DNA of 64,000 nucleotides from Macrostomum lignano (Eukaryota): contig NIVC01000099.1 of NCBI GenBank assembly GCA_002269645.1, forward strand, positions 310,001 through 374,000, read 5' to 3'. Shown here piece by piece: positions 24,413 to 36,842 of this stretch. A program made the translations under genes and the position numbers. The notes under the pieces were generated by a model. The model was not told the DNA's origin and did no database searches. It saw only the letters and a program-made list of their open reading frames with translations. Every line of letters starts with the position of its first letter. The first letter of the stretch is position 1.

Positions 24413-24778
24413 ATTTTTTTATTGGAGGCAGGGAGTTGTATGCACCCTGGCGCACTTTAAGCAACATAGGCACACAACCGGCAAGAGGCATTACTGCCTA
24501 TTCTGCTGACTCCCCTGAGCAGGCATACAAGCGTGCGGATACATATGCAGGCACACACTCACACAGGAGTGTGAGTGTACAGCGGCCCTAACTTTATTCT
24601 ATTGTTAGGCATGTACACTTCACTGCGCCTTGGGGGTTGGCTCTCAAGGCCATTAATTGCACAAGCAGAGCCAAGCCAAGATTCCAATTCAGCCCCAAAT
24701 TAATATGACTGCACTTGGAATCAAGCCTGGGTTGCTGGCACACCAGAGCAGCTGCGCTACTACTGGGCAACGGCCCCC
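24413..24778 (-). mobile_element. tRNA-derived SINE
   Basis: Minus strand starts GGGGGCCGTTGCCCAGTAGTAGCGC (A-box-like), has GGCTTGATTCC (B-box-like) and ends in an AATAAAAAAAA tail. Confidence 0.65.
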
Positions 24779-24889
24779 AATAAAAGATATAAGAAAACTG
24801 AAATGTAGCTTTAATCTATCTCTTTATTAGAATAAGTTGACAAATCATGGATTACTGTCTATTGCATTTTCAATATTTACTAGTGTTAA

Positions 24890-25188
24890 CATACATGCGC
24901 AACAGTCGGCCGAGTCGGCCGATCCGGCCGACCGATTTGGTGGCCAACCAAGGAAGTCGCAAAAATGCCCACCCGAAAAAACACCCAAGTAGTAGTACTA
25001 AGTAGCTGACGAGGCATTTTGGCTTAATAAGACAGTCATAGTTACTCCTGCCGTTTACCCAAAATTGCGTTAATTTTGCTTTAGGGTTTTTTTTACATGT
25101 AAGTCGCAATTTTGGCCAAAAACTACGTCGCATTTTTGTTAAAACTAAGTCGCACGGCCGACCGAATTTTGGAGGTTTCGCATGTATG
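24890..25188. mobile_element. 299-bp MITE of the same family, CpG-intact copy, 8-bp TSD AGTGTTAA
   Basis: TIR CATACATGCG...CGCATGTATG; AGTGTTAA at 24882-24889 and 25189-25196. Confidence 0.93.
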
Positions 25189-25687
25189 AGTGTTAAGTAG
25201 ATTCAAAAAGGTAGGCAATGTTGCATTATGGTAGAGGGCAGTATTGCATGTTGCAGTGCATTGTTTAGCAATTTGACAATCATTATTCACATTTTTAATG
25301 CAGAACAATCCATTACTACAAACAATGCATTGTCTGTAGGATCGTCAAACAGAAAAACAATGCAAAAAATCAGTGGTTGCAGCACGTGACAACAATTTGT
25401 CTATGTCTAGACAATCATTGTCATGCACTGGGACCGCTGATTATTTATCCATTGCAGTCAATGGGTGGTGGCATTAGAAGTGTGGTACATATGCGGCACC
25501 ACAAGAGTAACATAATTGTCATTCAAGACTGAGTATAGAGTTTCATAGTGTTTACTTTATTGTCTAGAGTTTTATTTGTCATTATTTTTCAATTTCCACC
25601 ATGCTTTGTAATTTTTCAAATCATATTTTTTGCTTGTCACATTTTTTCATACTTTTTGTCTTGTTCTATTTTTGTTTTGTTGTATTC

Positions 25688-26316
25688 TGGAGGGTAAAGA
25701 CCTAGGGGGGGGGACAGATTCTGGAGGGTAAAGACCTAGGGGGCAGATTCTGGAGGGTAAAAACCCAGGGGGCGGATTCTGGAGGTAAAGACCCAGGGGA
25801 CAGATTCTGGGGTAAATACCCAGGGGGCAGATTCTGGGGGTAAAGACCCAGGGGGCAGATTCTGGGGTAAAGACCCAGGGGGCGGATTCTGGAGGTAAAG
25901 ACCCAGGGGGGGGGCAGATTCTGGAGGTAAAGACCCAGGGGGGGCAGATTCTGGAGGTAAAGACCCAGGGGGGGCAGATTCTGGAGGTAAAGACCCAGGG
26001 GGGGGCAGATTCTGGAGGTAAAGACCCAGGGGGGGGGGCAGATTCTGGAGGTAAAGACCCAGGGGGGGGCAGATTCTGGAGGTAAAGACCCAGGGGGGGC
26101 AGATTCTGGAGGTAAAGACCCAGGGGGGGGGCAGATTCTGGAGGTAAAGACCCAGGGGGGGGCAGATTCTGGAGGTAAAGACCCAGGGGGGGGGCAGATT
26201 CTGGAGGTAAAGACCCAGGGGGGGGGCAGATTCTGGAGGTAAAGACCCAGGGGGGGGGGCAGATTCTGGAGGTAAAGACCCAGGGGGCGGATTCTGGAGG
26301 TAAAGACCCAGGGGGG
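25688..26316. repeat. 28-33-bp minisatellite CAGATTCTGGAGGTAAAGACCCA plus a variable G run
   Basis: About 20 units with G runs of roughly 5-10. Confidence 0.95.
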
Positions 26317-26371
26317 ACCTGTGGCCCATGGTCTTGAACTGGAAACCTCATCTAGCCTTCAAGTGGAAAAA

Positions 26372-26386
26372 GGTTGCCGACCCCTG
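26372..26386 (-). mobile_element. Single hAT-like terminus (CAGGGGTCGGCAACC on the minus strand)
   Basis: Resembles common hAT TIRs; no partner end found. Confidence 0.35.
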
Positions 26387-27140
26387 AACTAAATGTTTAT
26401 TTATAAGCCATCAAATTTTACTAATTGTACAAGCCATGTGATGTGATCACTCAAAATTGTTCTCATTTGTTGGTGGTGTGGAAGAGCCTTCACTTATCAG
26501 ATAGATAAGCAGATTTTCAAGATATAAAGTGAATTTGAACCCTTTAGCATCTAAACTTGACCTTCTTGTATGCCAAAAATCTTGTGCAGCATTGGTTGAG
26601 TTATAAAACTCGTGAATCGTGACCTTTGATACTCTCTGCCTTTATCTACCATCAACTATCAATCAATGAGTCAATAAACATAGGACTCGGCTTTTTCCAC
26701 ATTTGATGAATTTCTCACCATAGCAGTAGCAGTGTGTGTGACAGACTGACAGTGAGTACTCTGACCCGATTGAGCTGGTGGGCAATGTTTCTGCGAGTGC
26801 GATACTTATGGGAAAGGCCTTGGTGCTAAAAATAGCCACTCTAGTTTACTAGATATTTCTTCACATTTATGACCCATTCTCAGGCGAGAGTAGAAAAAGA
26901 GTGGCGGAGAGTGAGGGCGCTGCGGACTCTCTTGCCCAATGACTGCGTGCCTGACTCTCATTGGCTGGCTGTTTGGCCGTGAACTCTTAATAGGTATAAT
27001 AGAAGCCTTGCGTAGCTTCAGTTTGTTGAGGCCTTTGCTTAATTCTAGTGTTCTAGAATTTTCTCTGCTTGCTTTACACATAAATAAAACATTTCCAGCT
27101 CGTGGTCCGATTGATCTGACCGATCTCTCTGAACTTTTCA

Positions 27141-30100
27141 ATGGCATCAGACTTAGCTTGCAACCGGGACAAGGCAATAGCCACGAAACTTGTACACTGC
27201 TACCTGTATCACAGGTATCAGCTTAATGGCAATAGTGGTATTAATCCTCATCGGGAGCTGGATCCCATGATGTCCGATCTGCTGCGCTGCCTGCTGACCC
27301 TCACCAAGGACTACGAACAGCGGTATCGGAAGCCGCTGACCGAGCTGTGCAATACCTGGATGATGGACGCCGAGCATCCCAGGCAGAGTTTTGAGCAGGT
27401 GTTGGACACGATGCTTGCTGACGGCTGCAACTGGGGCCGGGTGGTCACCATGTTCATCTTTGTTGGCATGTTTATGGACAAGTGCACCAGCCAGGGCGTG
27501 CCGGTGTCGGCTGGCGACGTGGCCGACTGGACTGTCGATTATCTGGTGGCAAAAGTGGCACCCTGGATTCACAGCAACGGTGATTGGGTGAGCGCCAGTT
27601 TTTTAATTTGAAGCAATGGAGATATTGGAAGCCGTGTCCTTAGCTCAGCAAGAAGGGTAGTGGCTAGTGGAGAATGAGAGGTTTGGATAGATAAAAAAGA
27701 CTGAAGGCATGGGAAGGAAAAGGCCCGCCTTAAGAACGAACCTAAGGCCCTGAGCCGTAGCCCTGAACTGAGATTCTTGCATGTCTGTAAATCCAATTTG
27801 CGGGCGGTCACCGCTGTCTTGTGCTGTGTATTACAGATAGCATATTCAAACATGCAGTGTTGAGTACCGAGTCAGTCGTTAACGCTATGCGCATACTGTA
27901 GATCACAGGAGATCTACACTGTAGGTCAAAGATCTTAGCTGCTATTAGTAAGACCGCGTTTTTTTCAATTCTTCAAATATCTTGTTTAGGTAGAACCCCT
28001 TCTCAACCATAAGATACTCAGGGGCGGGCACAATCGCTAAGTTGTCGAGGCTCAGAGGGAATTGCTAAGATGTCAAGGCTCATATAGGGGGAATTGCTAA
28101 GACGTCAATGCTCAAAGGGGGATTGCTAAGATGTCAAGGCTTTGGCTCATAGGGGGGGTTGCTAAGATGTCAAGGCTTTGGCTCATAGGGGGGATTGCTA
28201 AGATGTCAAGGCTTTGGCTCATAGGGGGGATTGCTAAGATGTCAAGGCTTTGGCTCATAGGGGGGATTGCTAAGATGTCAAGGCTTTGGCTCAAAGGGGG
28301 GATTGCTAAGATGTCAAGGCTTTAGCTCCGAGGGGGAATTGCTATTGTCCCCCTTAATGTCAAGGGCGAATTGCTAGTGTCCCCCCTTAATGTCAAGGGG
28401 GAACTGCTATTGTCCCCCCTTAATGTCAAGGTGTAATTGCCTACATGTCAAGACTCATGTGGGCTGCATTGCTGAGATGCTGTGGCTCATGGGGATGGGG
28501 GTTGCTAAGATGCCAAGGGGCGATTGGGAGTTGTTGGTAGGCCAATCATCAAAGGGGTGGTAAGAGTTTAAGTTAAGCCATGGCTTGAAGGGATGCTTTA
28601 ATGCCAACGCTCAAAGGGAATGCTGATATCTTAGCCCAGGCAAGATTGCTGGCTTTCAGGCCCGATGCTTTTATCTATCTATTTTAAGCCGTAGTATTGG
28701 TTAAGGAAGCACCAAAATTATAACTGCTGCTGACTGATCTCTGCATCTCTGCATAGATCTGGCTTTACTGTATTGCTCTATTAATGCTATATCTGGATTC
28801 TAAATATTCTATCATCTTATGCGTCCTGGGCTGTCTTTCTTTTAAATATAGCTAATATTTAACTATTAATAGGAGTTTTTTCTTCCATAATAGAAAGCAC
28901 TGATCTACTCATGATCTCTCCTTCGGACCATCAAACCTCTGATCAAAACCTCTCCTTAGCTTCAAGGCTCTTAGAGAGTCGCCCGAGCCGTGGCCTTAGC
29001 TTCAAATCTCTTAGAGAATCGCCCGAGCCATGTGTTTAGCTTCAAGGCTCTTAGAGAATCGCCCCGAGCCATGTGTTTAGCTTCAAGGCTCTTAGAGAAT
29101 CGCCCCGAGCCATGTGTTTAGCTTCAAATCTCTTAGAGAATCGCCCGAGCCGTGGCCTTCGCTTCAAATCTCTTAGAGAATCGCCCTGAGCCATGTGTTT
29201 AGCTTCAAATCTCTTAGAGAATCGCCCGAGCCGTGGCCTTCGCTTCAAATCTCTTAGAGAATCGCCCCGAGCCATGTGTTTAGCTTCAAGGCTCTTAGAG
29301 AATCGCCCCGAGCCATGTGTTTAGCTTCAAATCTCTTAGAGAATCGCCCGAGCCGTGGCCTTCGCTTCAAATCTCTTAGAGAATCGCCCCGAGCCATGTG
29401 TTTATCTTCAATGCTCTTAGAGAATCGCCCCGAGCCATGTGTTTAGCTTCAAGGCTCTTAGAGAATCGCCCGAGCCGTGGCCTTCGCTTCAAATCTCATA
29501 GAGAATCGCCCCGAGCCATGTGTTTAGCTTCAAGGCTCTTAGAGAATCGCCCCGAGCCATGTGTTTAGCTTCAATGCTCTTAGAGAATCGCCCCGAGCCA
29601 TGTGTTTAGCTTCAAGGCTCTTAGAGAATCGCCCCGAGCCATGTGTTTAGCTTCAAGGCTCTTAGAGAATCGCCCCGAGCCATGTGTTTAGCTTCAAGGC
29701 TCTTAGAGAATCGCCCCGAGCCATGTGTTTAGCTTCAAGGCTCTTAGAGAATCGCCCGGAGCCATGTGTTTAGCTTCAAGGCTCTTAGAGAATCGCCCCG
29801 AGCCATGTGTTTATCTTCAATGCTCTTAGAGAATCGCCCCGAGCCATGTGTTTAGCTTCAAGTCTCTTAGAGAATCGCCCCGAGCCATGTGTTTAGCTTC
29901 AAGGCTCTTAGAGAATCGCCCCGAGCCATGTGTTTATCTTCAATGCTCTTAGAGAATCGCCCCGAGCCATGTGTTTAGCTTCAATGCTCTTAGAGAATCG
30001 CCCCGAGCCATGTGTTTAGCTTCAAGGCTCTTAGAGAATCGCCCCGAGCCATGTGTTTAGCTTCAAATCTCTTAGAGAATCGCCCCGAGCCATGTGTTTA

Positions 30101-33100
30101 GCTTCAAGGCTCTTAGAGAATCGCCCCGAGCCATGTGTTTAGCTTCAAGGCTCTTAGAGAATCGCCCCGAGCCATGTGTTTAGCTTCAAGGCTCTTAGAG
30201 AATCGCCCCGAGCCATGTGTTTAGCTTCAATGCTCTTAGAGAATCGCCCCGAGCCATGTGTTTAGCTTCAAGGCTCTTAGAGAATCGCCCCGAGCCATGT
30301 GTTTAGCTTCAAGGCTCTTAGAGAATCGCCCCGAGCCATGTGTTTAGCTTCAAGGCTCTTAGAGAATCGCCCCGAGCCATGTGTTTATCTTCAATGCTCT
30401 TAGAGAATCGCCCCGAGCCATGTGTTTAGCTTCAATGCTCTTAGAGAATCGCCCCGAGCCATGTGTTTAGCTTCAAGGCTCTTAGAGAATCGCCCCGAGC
30501 CATGTGTTTAGCTTCAAGGCTCTTAGAGAATCGCCCCGAGCCATGTGTTTAGCTTCAAATCTCTTAGAGAATCGCCCCGAGCCATGTGTTTATCTTCAAT
30601 GCTCTTAGAGAATCGCCCCGAGCCATGTGTTTAGCTTCAAGGCTCTTAGAGAATCGCCCCGAGCCATGTGTTTAGCTTCAAGGCTCTTAGAGAATCGCCC
30701 CGAGCCATGTGTTTAGCTTCAAGGCTCTTAGAGAATCGCCCCGAGCCATGTGTTTATCTTCAATGCTCTTAGAGAATCGCCCCGAGCCATGTGTTTAGCT
30801 TCAATGCTCTTAGAGAATCGCCCCGAGCCATGTGTTTAGCTTCAAGGCTCTTAGAGAATCGCCCCGAGCCATGTGTTTAGCTTCAAGGCTCTTAGAGAAT
30901 CGCCCCGAGCCATGTGTTTAGCTTCAAGGCTCTTAGAGAATCGCCCCGAGCCATGTGTTTAGCTTCAAGGCTCTTAGAGAATCGCCCCGAGCCATGTGTT
31001 TAGCTTCAAGGCTCTTAGAGAATCGCTCCGAACCATGTGTTTAGCTTCAAGGCTCTTAGAGAATCGCCCCGAGCCATGTGTTTAGCTTCAAGGCTCTTAG
31101 AGAATCGCTCCGAACCATGTCCTTAGCTAAGGCTTTTAATTAATGGTGTTGAACAATAGTTAGAGTAAGTTTCCAATCCATATTTTATATTAGTTCAAGG
31201 AGTCCTTGTCTTGATGAAGACACGAACAATCGGTGGGAAAAATCGTGTTATTTATTTGCAGAGAAATCTGTGAGAATTGCACCTAAGCCGGGTTCCCACG
31301 TCAGATCGATATCAGAGACAGACAGCCAGCTGCTTGACTTTGCAGGCATTCAGCTGTTGTTTTTTGTGCGTGGGCGTTTCTTTGTCGTCAATCTCGTTCT
31401 TCCTGCGTCTGCGCGCCCCGAGCGCCTGCCCGCCTATCTGCCCGCGGGCGACCGGAAATGCAGTGTAAAGAAGTGAGTGATGAACATTGGGTCCTACCTT
31501 TATAGAGAGAACTTGGATTGGATGGCTCACTCGGTTTCCTTAATACATGTTTCGGCTTCAAATTCGAATTCGTGTTGGTCCGAATTGTGAAGAGCCGTTT
31601 TTTCTGTAATCGATCACAGATACAAAAGCTACCTACCGACAAACCACTTTTAGCAAATGGATTGGAGCAAGCAAATAACTTTCGAGAGTGCCTTCAGTCT
31701 TGAGTCCGACGCTCAAACCACTTGGCTACAACCCCTAGTTGGCTTGCAAACAATTGGCGTCAAGTTGCTGAAAAATGCACCCAGTCATAGAGCTCTGTGA
31801 CTGTCAGAGAAAGAGTGCTGTCCATTCTCACCGGTAATTATCATTTTATGGGTCTTCCAATTCAAAGAGGGGCGCAGCTGCAGCCTCTGACGACCCTGCA
31901 GACCTTCAACCAGCCGATGAGTCTTAGCATGGGATAGCGAATAACATTTTGTTGCGCACCTTTTCAGTGCTGATTGGCTCACGGGGTTGAAGTGAATGCA
32001 CTTGGCGCTTATGGGAAAAACCCGACTTTCCGACAGAGTTGTTGAAATCTCTACGGTCCCATTGTAGTTTCACTGCTAAGGAGTGCCAAATTTGTCAATC
32101 AGGCGTATCGTTTTGAAATCTTTAGTGTACTTTTTTTTCTACAAAACTTTGCCAAAAAGTTCCAGCTTATAAGTTATCAACCTGCTATCTGCCAAGGCAG
32201 GTGACTTTTCTAGTGCGTGGGCGGGCAGGCTGGCACTGGTACGAAACTAGAAGAATGCGCTGTTGAAACAGCCTTGTGCATAGTTTAATATTTAATTTAG
32301 AAGCTCGTTGCACATTGATAGAGCCATAGGGGTCAGCTGACGAGTCTTCCAATTCTTTGCATTCCAATCTCTGCCCCCTTTTATCTGGCCTGCTCGTACT
32401 CAATAGAGCTTATCATTTTTTATCATTGGAAACTCAGAGCTGGCAAGAGATTGCTTTGTGAGCAGGCATTAAGAGTATCCGACAACAGGGTGTGTCACCG
32501 TGCGTGCTGTTTATAGCTGCTAGGAATGCGCGGGGCTTAGTGCGGTACGAGTGCACAGTCGCTTTACGGTTGCTATCTTGCATTGCTGAGCAGCCAGTAA
32601 CTGACATTGCTTTTATCCCGTACGGCTGGGTCGCCCTGGCCCTCCTCAGTTGCTGAGCCATCCTCCCAGATCCTCAGTTGCTGGGCCAGCCTCCCAGATC
32701 CTGTTGCTGGGCCAGCCTCCCAGATCCTCAGTTGCTTGGCCAGCCTCCCAGATCCTCAATTGCTTGGCCAGCCTCCCAGATCCTAAGCTGCTTGGCCAGC
32801 CTCCCAGATCCTCAGTTGCTGGGCCAGCCTCCCAGATCCTCAGTTGCTGGGCCAGCCTCCCAGATCCTCAGTTGCTGGGCCAGCCTCCCAGATCCTCAGT
32901 TGCTTGGCTAGCCTCCCAGATCCTAAGCTGCTTGGCCAGCCTCCCAGATCCTCAGTTGCTGGGCCAGCCTCCCAGATCCTCAGTTGCTGGGCCAGCCTCT
33001 TAAATCCTCAGTTGCTGGGCCAGCCTCCCAGATCTTCAGTGCAGCCAGCGGGCCCATCAACCGCACCCGCCCCCCCCCCCTTGCCCGCAGGTCGGCCTGA

Positions 33101-33252
33101 TCAGATTCTGCGGCACCGGCGACGCGACGGGCGCCCAGCAGCGGGCGGAGGCGGACGAGCAACAGAGCCGGATGTTCCGCCGGGTGCTGACGGTGGGCGC
33201 GGCCGGCCTGGTGATGCTTGGCCTGACTTCGCTGCTAGTGAAGAGGGCGTAG
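27141..33252 (+). CDS. Bcl-2-family apoptosis regulator, 202 aa; exons 27141-27587 and 33091-33252
   Basis: BH4-like KLVHCYLYHRY, BH1 NWGRVVTMFIF, BH2 WIHSNGDW. Phase-0 GTGAGC donor right after the BH2 Trp (conserved Bcl-2 intron position). CCGCAG acceptor at 33090. Exon 2 gives VGLIRFC and a C-terminal TM, VLTVGAAGLVMLGLTSLLVKRA*. Confidence 0.92.
28040..28450. repeat. 36-bp minisatellite GGGGGGATTGCTAAGATGTCAAGGCTTTGGCTCATA in the Bcl-2 intron
   Basis: About 6 good units with degenerate flanks. Confidence 0.9.
28965..31125. repeat. 41-bp satellite CGAGCCATGTGTTTAGCTTCAAGGCTCTTAGAGAATCGCCC (about 53 copies) in the Bcl-2 intron
   Basis: Period 41 measured (29581 to 29622); no spacers. Confidence 0.97.
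32646..33035. repeat. 28-bp minisatellite CAGTTGCTGGGCCAGCCTCCCAGATCCT
   Basis: About 14 copies; related to 538-910. Confidence 0.95.
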
Positions 33253-34189
33253 GTGCGGCAGCGGCTTCATCTGCGTTTCGGGGCTGGGATCAGTGACTCA
33301 CCCGCCAGAGCTTGCCAAACCCCACAATGCACAGAGTACTCGTGAACTTTTGAAGAAGTTTAGTCGTACTGGACGGTAATCCTTTATTGTTGATATGCCA
33401 TTAGCATATACTTAGCCTATACAACAATAGCCTAGATCCATAAAGCCGTTACCTATAAAAGAAAAAATCTATATTTAGTTCTTTCAAGAAAGATTTCAAG
33501 CCTCCCAGGCCCAGCCGCCCAGATCCTTATAGCCTGGATGCAGGCGCATGGCGTCATGATTTTACACTTGATGATGTATTTTTATATTTTAGCAATGCTA
33601 AATTTTAGCCGTGTTTGCCGCTTGGCAATTTTCTATTCGACAATTCGCACGGTCGGATCCAATGGCGATGTTGGCCGGATTTTATTTGTCGTTTCTATGC
33701 TCGCATTATTTTATTCCGGCTCTTCGCTAATCAGCGAATCGATAAGACTGCTTACAAGTACTGTAGGAGTTTTCACACCAATGGCCCAAGTCTAGTCTAT
33801 TGTCATTCAAGTTGCAGTATGTTTCTCGTGCCATTGTGACTTGGCGCTGTTTGTGTTCCATTTTGTGTTTATTTGCTTCACTTCACCTCTTTATTTTATT
33901 TTATTTGCTTATATGAGCGTATTGCTTCACCATTCATATTTTTATAATTGTTCTATGAATCATCCATTTGCATCCTTCACTTTGATTTGTAATCTTTTGG
34001 CACCTCCGTTTATTTTGCATCGCCACGCGTTTCATTTCTGTGCTCAAATAAACTGATGTGTGAGGAGCTTTTGTGTTTCTGTATGTTTGTGCATGATATA
34101 TACATTACTGATGTTCTGTCTGTCATGTGATCTCAGTTATTTCATACTTTTCTTCATGAATAACTTCAGACAGTCCACTGTGCTTGCCC

Positions 34190-34562
34190 TAACATTAGCC
34201 CTAACATCGCCCTGACAGTAGCCCTAATATTGCCCTAACATTAGCCCTAATATCGCCCTGACAGTAGCCCTAATATCGCCCTGACAGTAGCCCTAATATC
34301 GCCCTGACAGTAGCCCTAATATCGCCCTGACAGTAGCCCTAATATCGCCCTGACAGTAGCCCTAATATCGCCCTGAAAGTAGCCCTAATATCGCCCTGAC
34401 AGTAGCCCTAATATCGCCCTGACAGTAGCCCTAATATCGCCCTGACAGTAGCCCTAATATCGCCCTGACAGTAGCCCTAATATCGCCCTGACAGTAGCCC
34501 TAATATCGCCCTGAAAGTAGCCCTAATATCGCCCTGACAGTAGCCCTAATATCGCCCTGACA
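34190..34562. repeat. 23-bp minisatellite GCCCTGACAGTAGCCCTAATATC
   Basis: Period 23 measured. Confidence 0.95.
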
Positions 34563-35094
34563 GATCGCAATGCTGTCCGAGGCCGACAGTCGCCTTGCCT
34601 TCTCAAAAGCATCCAGTTAGTAAGCTATGCTATTGCAGTGCAGAACAGCCGTGCCAGCGCTTGTTCCGTGTTTGAAGCTGAGTTGGCGACAAAAATAATT
34701 GTAGCTGGTTCACGTCACCGATCCAGGCAGCGTCACTGTTCAGCTGGGCAGTGTACTTTGCACTGTCACATGACTTCCCTCTGCGCTCCTAGGGTAAGGG
34801 AACTGTTTTAACGCGGCACGGGCTTGGGGTGTCCCTTCTGTTTGCCTTGCGTTGCCTTCGGGTGCACAGCAGAGCTTCAAGTGTTTTTCTCCCGGTCTGT
34901 CAGTTTTTGTCTCCAGCTTATGGCTAATGGGTTTTTGCTGGGTTTGGCAGCCGGCCAGAATTCCAAAAAATACGACAGCCAAGGACTACTGAGTAGAACA
35001 TTTTCCTTTATGAGTTGCCTTTTTAGGGAGTTTCTAAATTCTAATCTGTGCATTACAGCCTACAGGCCTTGCGAGGTTAGGCCGGTTTCTGGGC

Positions 35095-35995
35095 CACCGC
35101 TGCTCCCTCAGGTCCTTCAGTGCGCCACCGCTGCTCCCTCAGGTCCTGTGCTGCTTCCTCAGGTCCTTCAGTGCGCCACCGCTGCTCCCTCAGGTCCTGT
35201 GCTGCTTCCTCAGGTCCTTCAGTGCGCCACCGCTGCTCCCTCAGGTCCTTCAGTGCGCCACCGCTGCTTCCTCAGGTCCTTCAGTGCGCCACCGCTGCTC
35301 CCTCAGGTCCTTCAGTGCACCACCGCTGCTCCCTCAGGTCCTTCAGTGCACCACCGCTGCTCCCTCATGTCCTTCAGTGCACCACCGCTGCTCCCTCATG
35401 TCCTTCAGTGCGCCACCGCTGCTCCCTCAGGTCCTGTGCTGCTTCCTCAGGTCCTTCAGTGCGCCACCGCTGCTCCCTCAGGTCCTTCAGTGCGCCACCG
35501 CTGCTCCCTCAGGTCCTGTGCTGCTTCCTCAGGTCCTTCAGTGCGCCACCGCTGCTCCCTCAGGTCCTTCAGTGCACCACCGCTGCTCCCTCAGGTCCTT
35601 CAGTGCACCACCGCTGCTCCCTCAGGTCCTTCAGTGCACCACCGCTGCTCCCTCATGTCCTTCAGTGCACCACCGCTGCTCCCTCAGGTCCTTCAGTGCA
35701 CCACCGCTGCTCCCTCAGGTCCTTCAGTGCACCACCGCTGCTCCCTCATGTCCTTCAGTGCGCCACCGCTGCTCCCTCAGGTCCTGTGCTGCTTCCTCAG
35801 GTCCTTCAGTGCGCCACCGCTGCTCCCTCAGGTCCTTCAGTGCACCACCGCTGCTCCCTCAGGTCCTTCAGTGCACCACCGCTGCTCCCTCATGTCCTTC
35901 AGTGCGCCACCGCTGCTTCCTCAGGTCCTTCAGTGCACCACCGCTGCTCCCTCAGGTTCTTCAGTGCGCCACCGCTGCTCCCTCAGGTCCTTCAG
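35095..35995. repeat. 31-bp minisatellite CTCAGGTCCTTCAGTGCGCCACCGCTGCTCC with interspersed 20-bp variants
   Basis: Read directly. Confidence 0.95.
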
Positions 35996-36122
35996 CAGAC
36001 CTGTGCTGCCTTCTTTCTGGTATCATTAGGCAGCTAAGATCAGATTCTGCTTTTTAAGCAAAAAAATCAATTCTTTGTTTTAACTAAAAGTTACAGAATT
36101 TGCGTACGCTTGTGTTCACTGG

Positions 36123-36640
36123 ATGGCTAAACTGCTTGTGAAAGCATGGAAAGGCTACAATGCCGTGCTAATTAGCAAACCAATTCTGGCTCCAGCAGTA
36201 TCCACAGGTGAGAACCCATCTCATGTTCGAATGGGATAGCTAACTAGCTCGTAGCTAACTAACAAAATAACTGGCTAACTAACTCTCGTGGCTAACTAAC
36301 GAACTAACTAACTAAGTAACGAACGAACTAACTAACTAACTAACTAACTAACCAACCAACTAACTAACTAACTAACCAACCAACTAACTAACTAACTAAC
36401 TAACCAACCAACTAACTAACCAAACCAACTAACTAACTAACTAACTAGCTAGCTAACTGACTGACTAGCTAACTAACTAGTTAACTAGCCAACTAACTAG
36501 CCAACTAACTAGCCAACTAACTAGCTAACTAATAAAATAACTAACTAACTAACTAACTAACTAGCCAACTAACTAACTAACAAGCTAACTAACTAGCTAA
36601 GTAACTAGCTAACTAACTGACTGACTAACTAACTAACTAG

Positions 36641-36717
<77 letters not shown>

Positions 36718-36791
36718 CAACCAACTAACTAACTAACCAACCAACTAACTAACTAACTAACTAACCAACCAACTAACTAACCAAACCAACC

Positions 36792-36842
<51 letters not shown>

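Noticed and set aside
24700-24778. tRNA gene
   Set aside because: A and B boxes are degenerate, there is no closed acceptor stem, and it continues into a SINE-like body and A tail.
28965-31125. CRISPR-like regular array
   Set aside because: Head-to-tail 41-bp units with no unique spacers, no cas genes, and it sits in a eukaryotic intron.
34824-36057. Long Cys/Pro-rich ORFs in three frames
   Set aside because: All derive from the 31-bp minisatellite.
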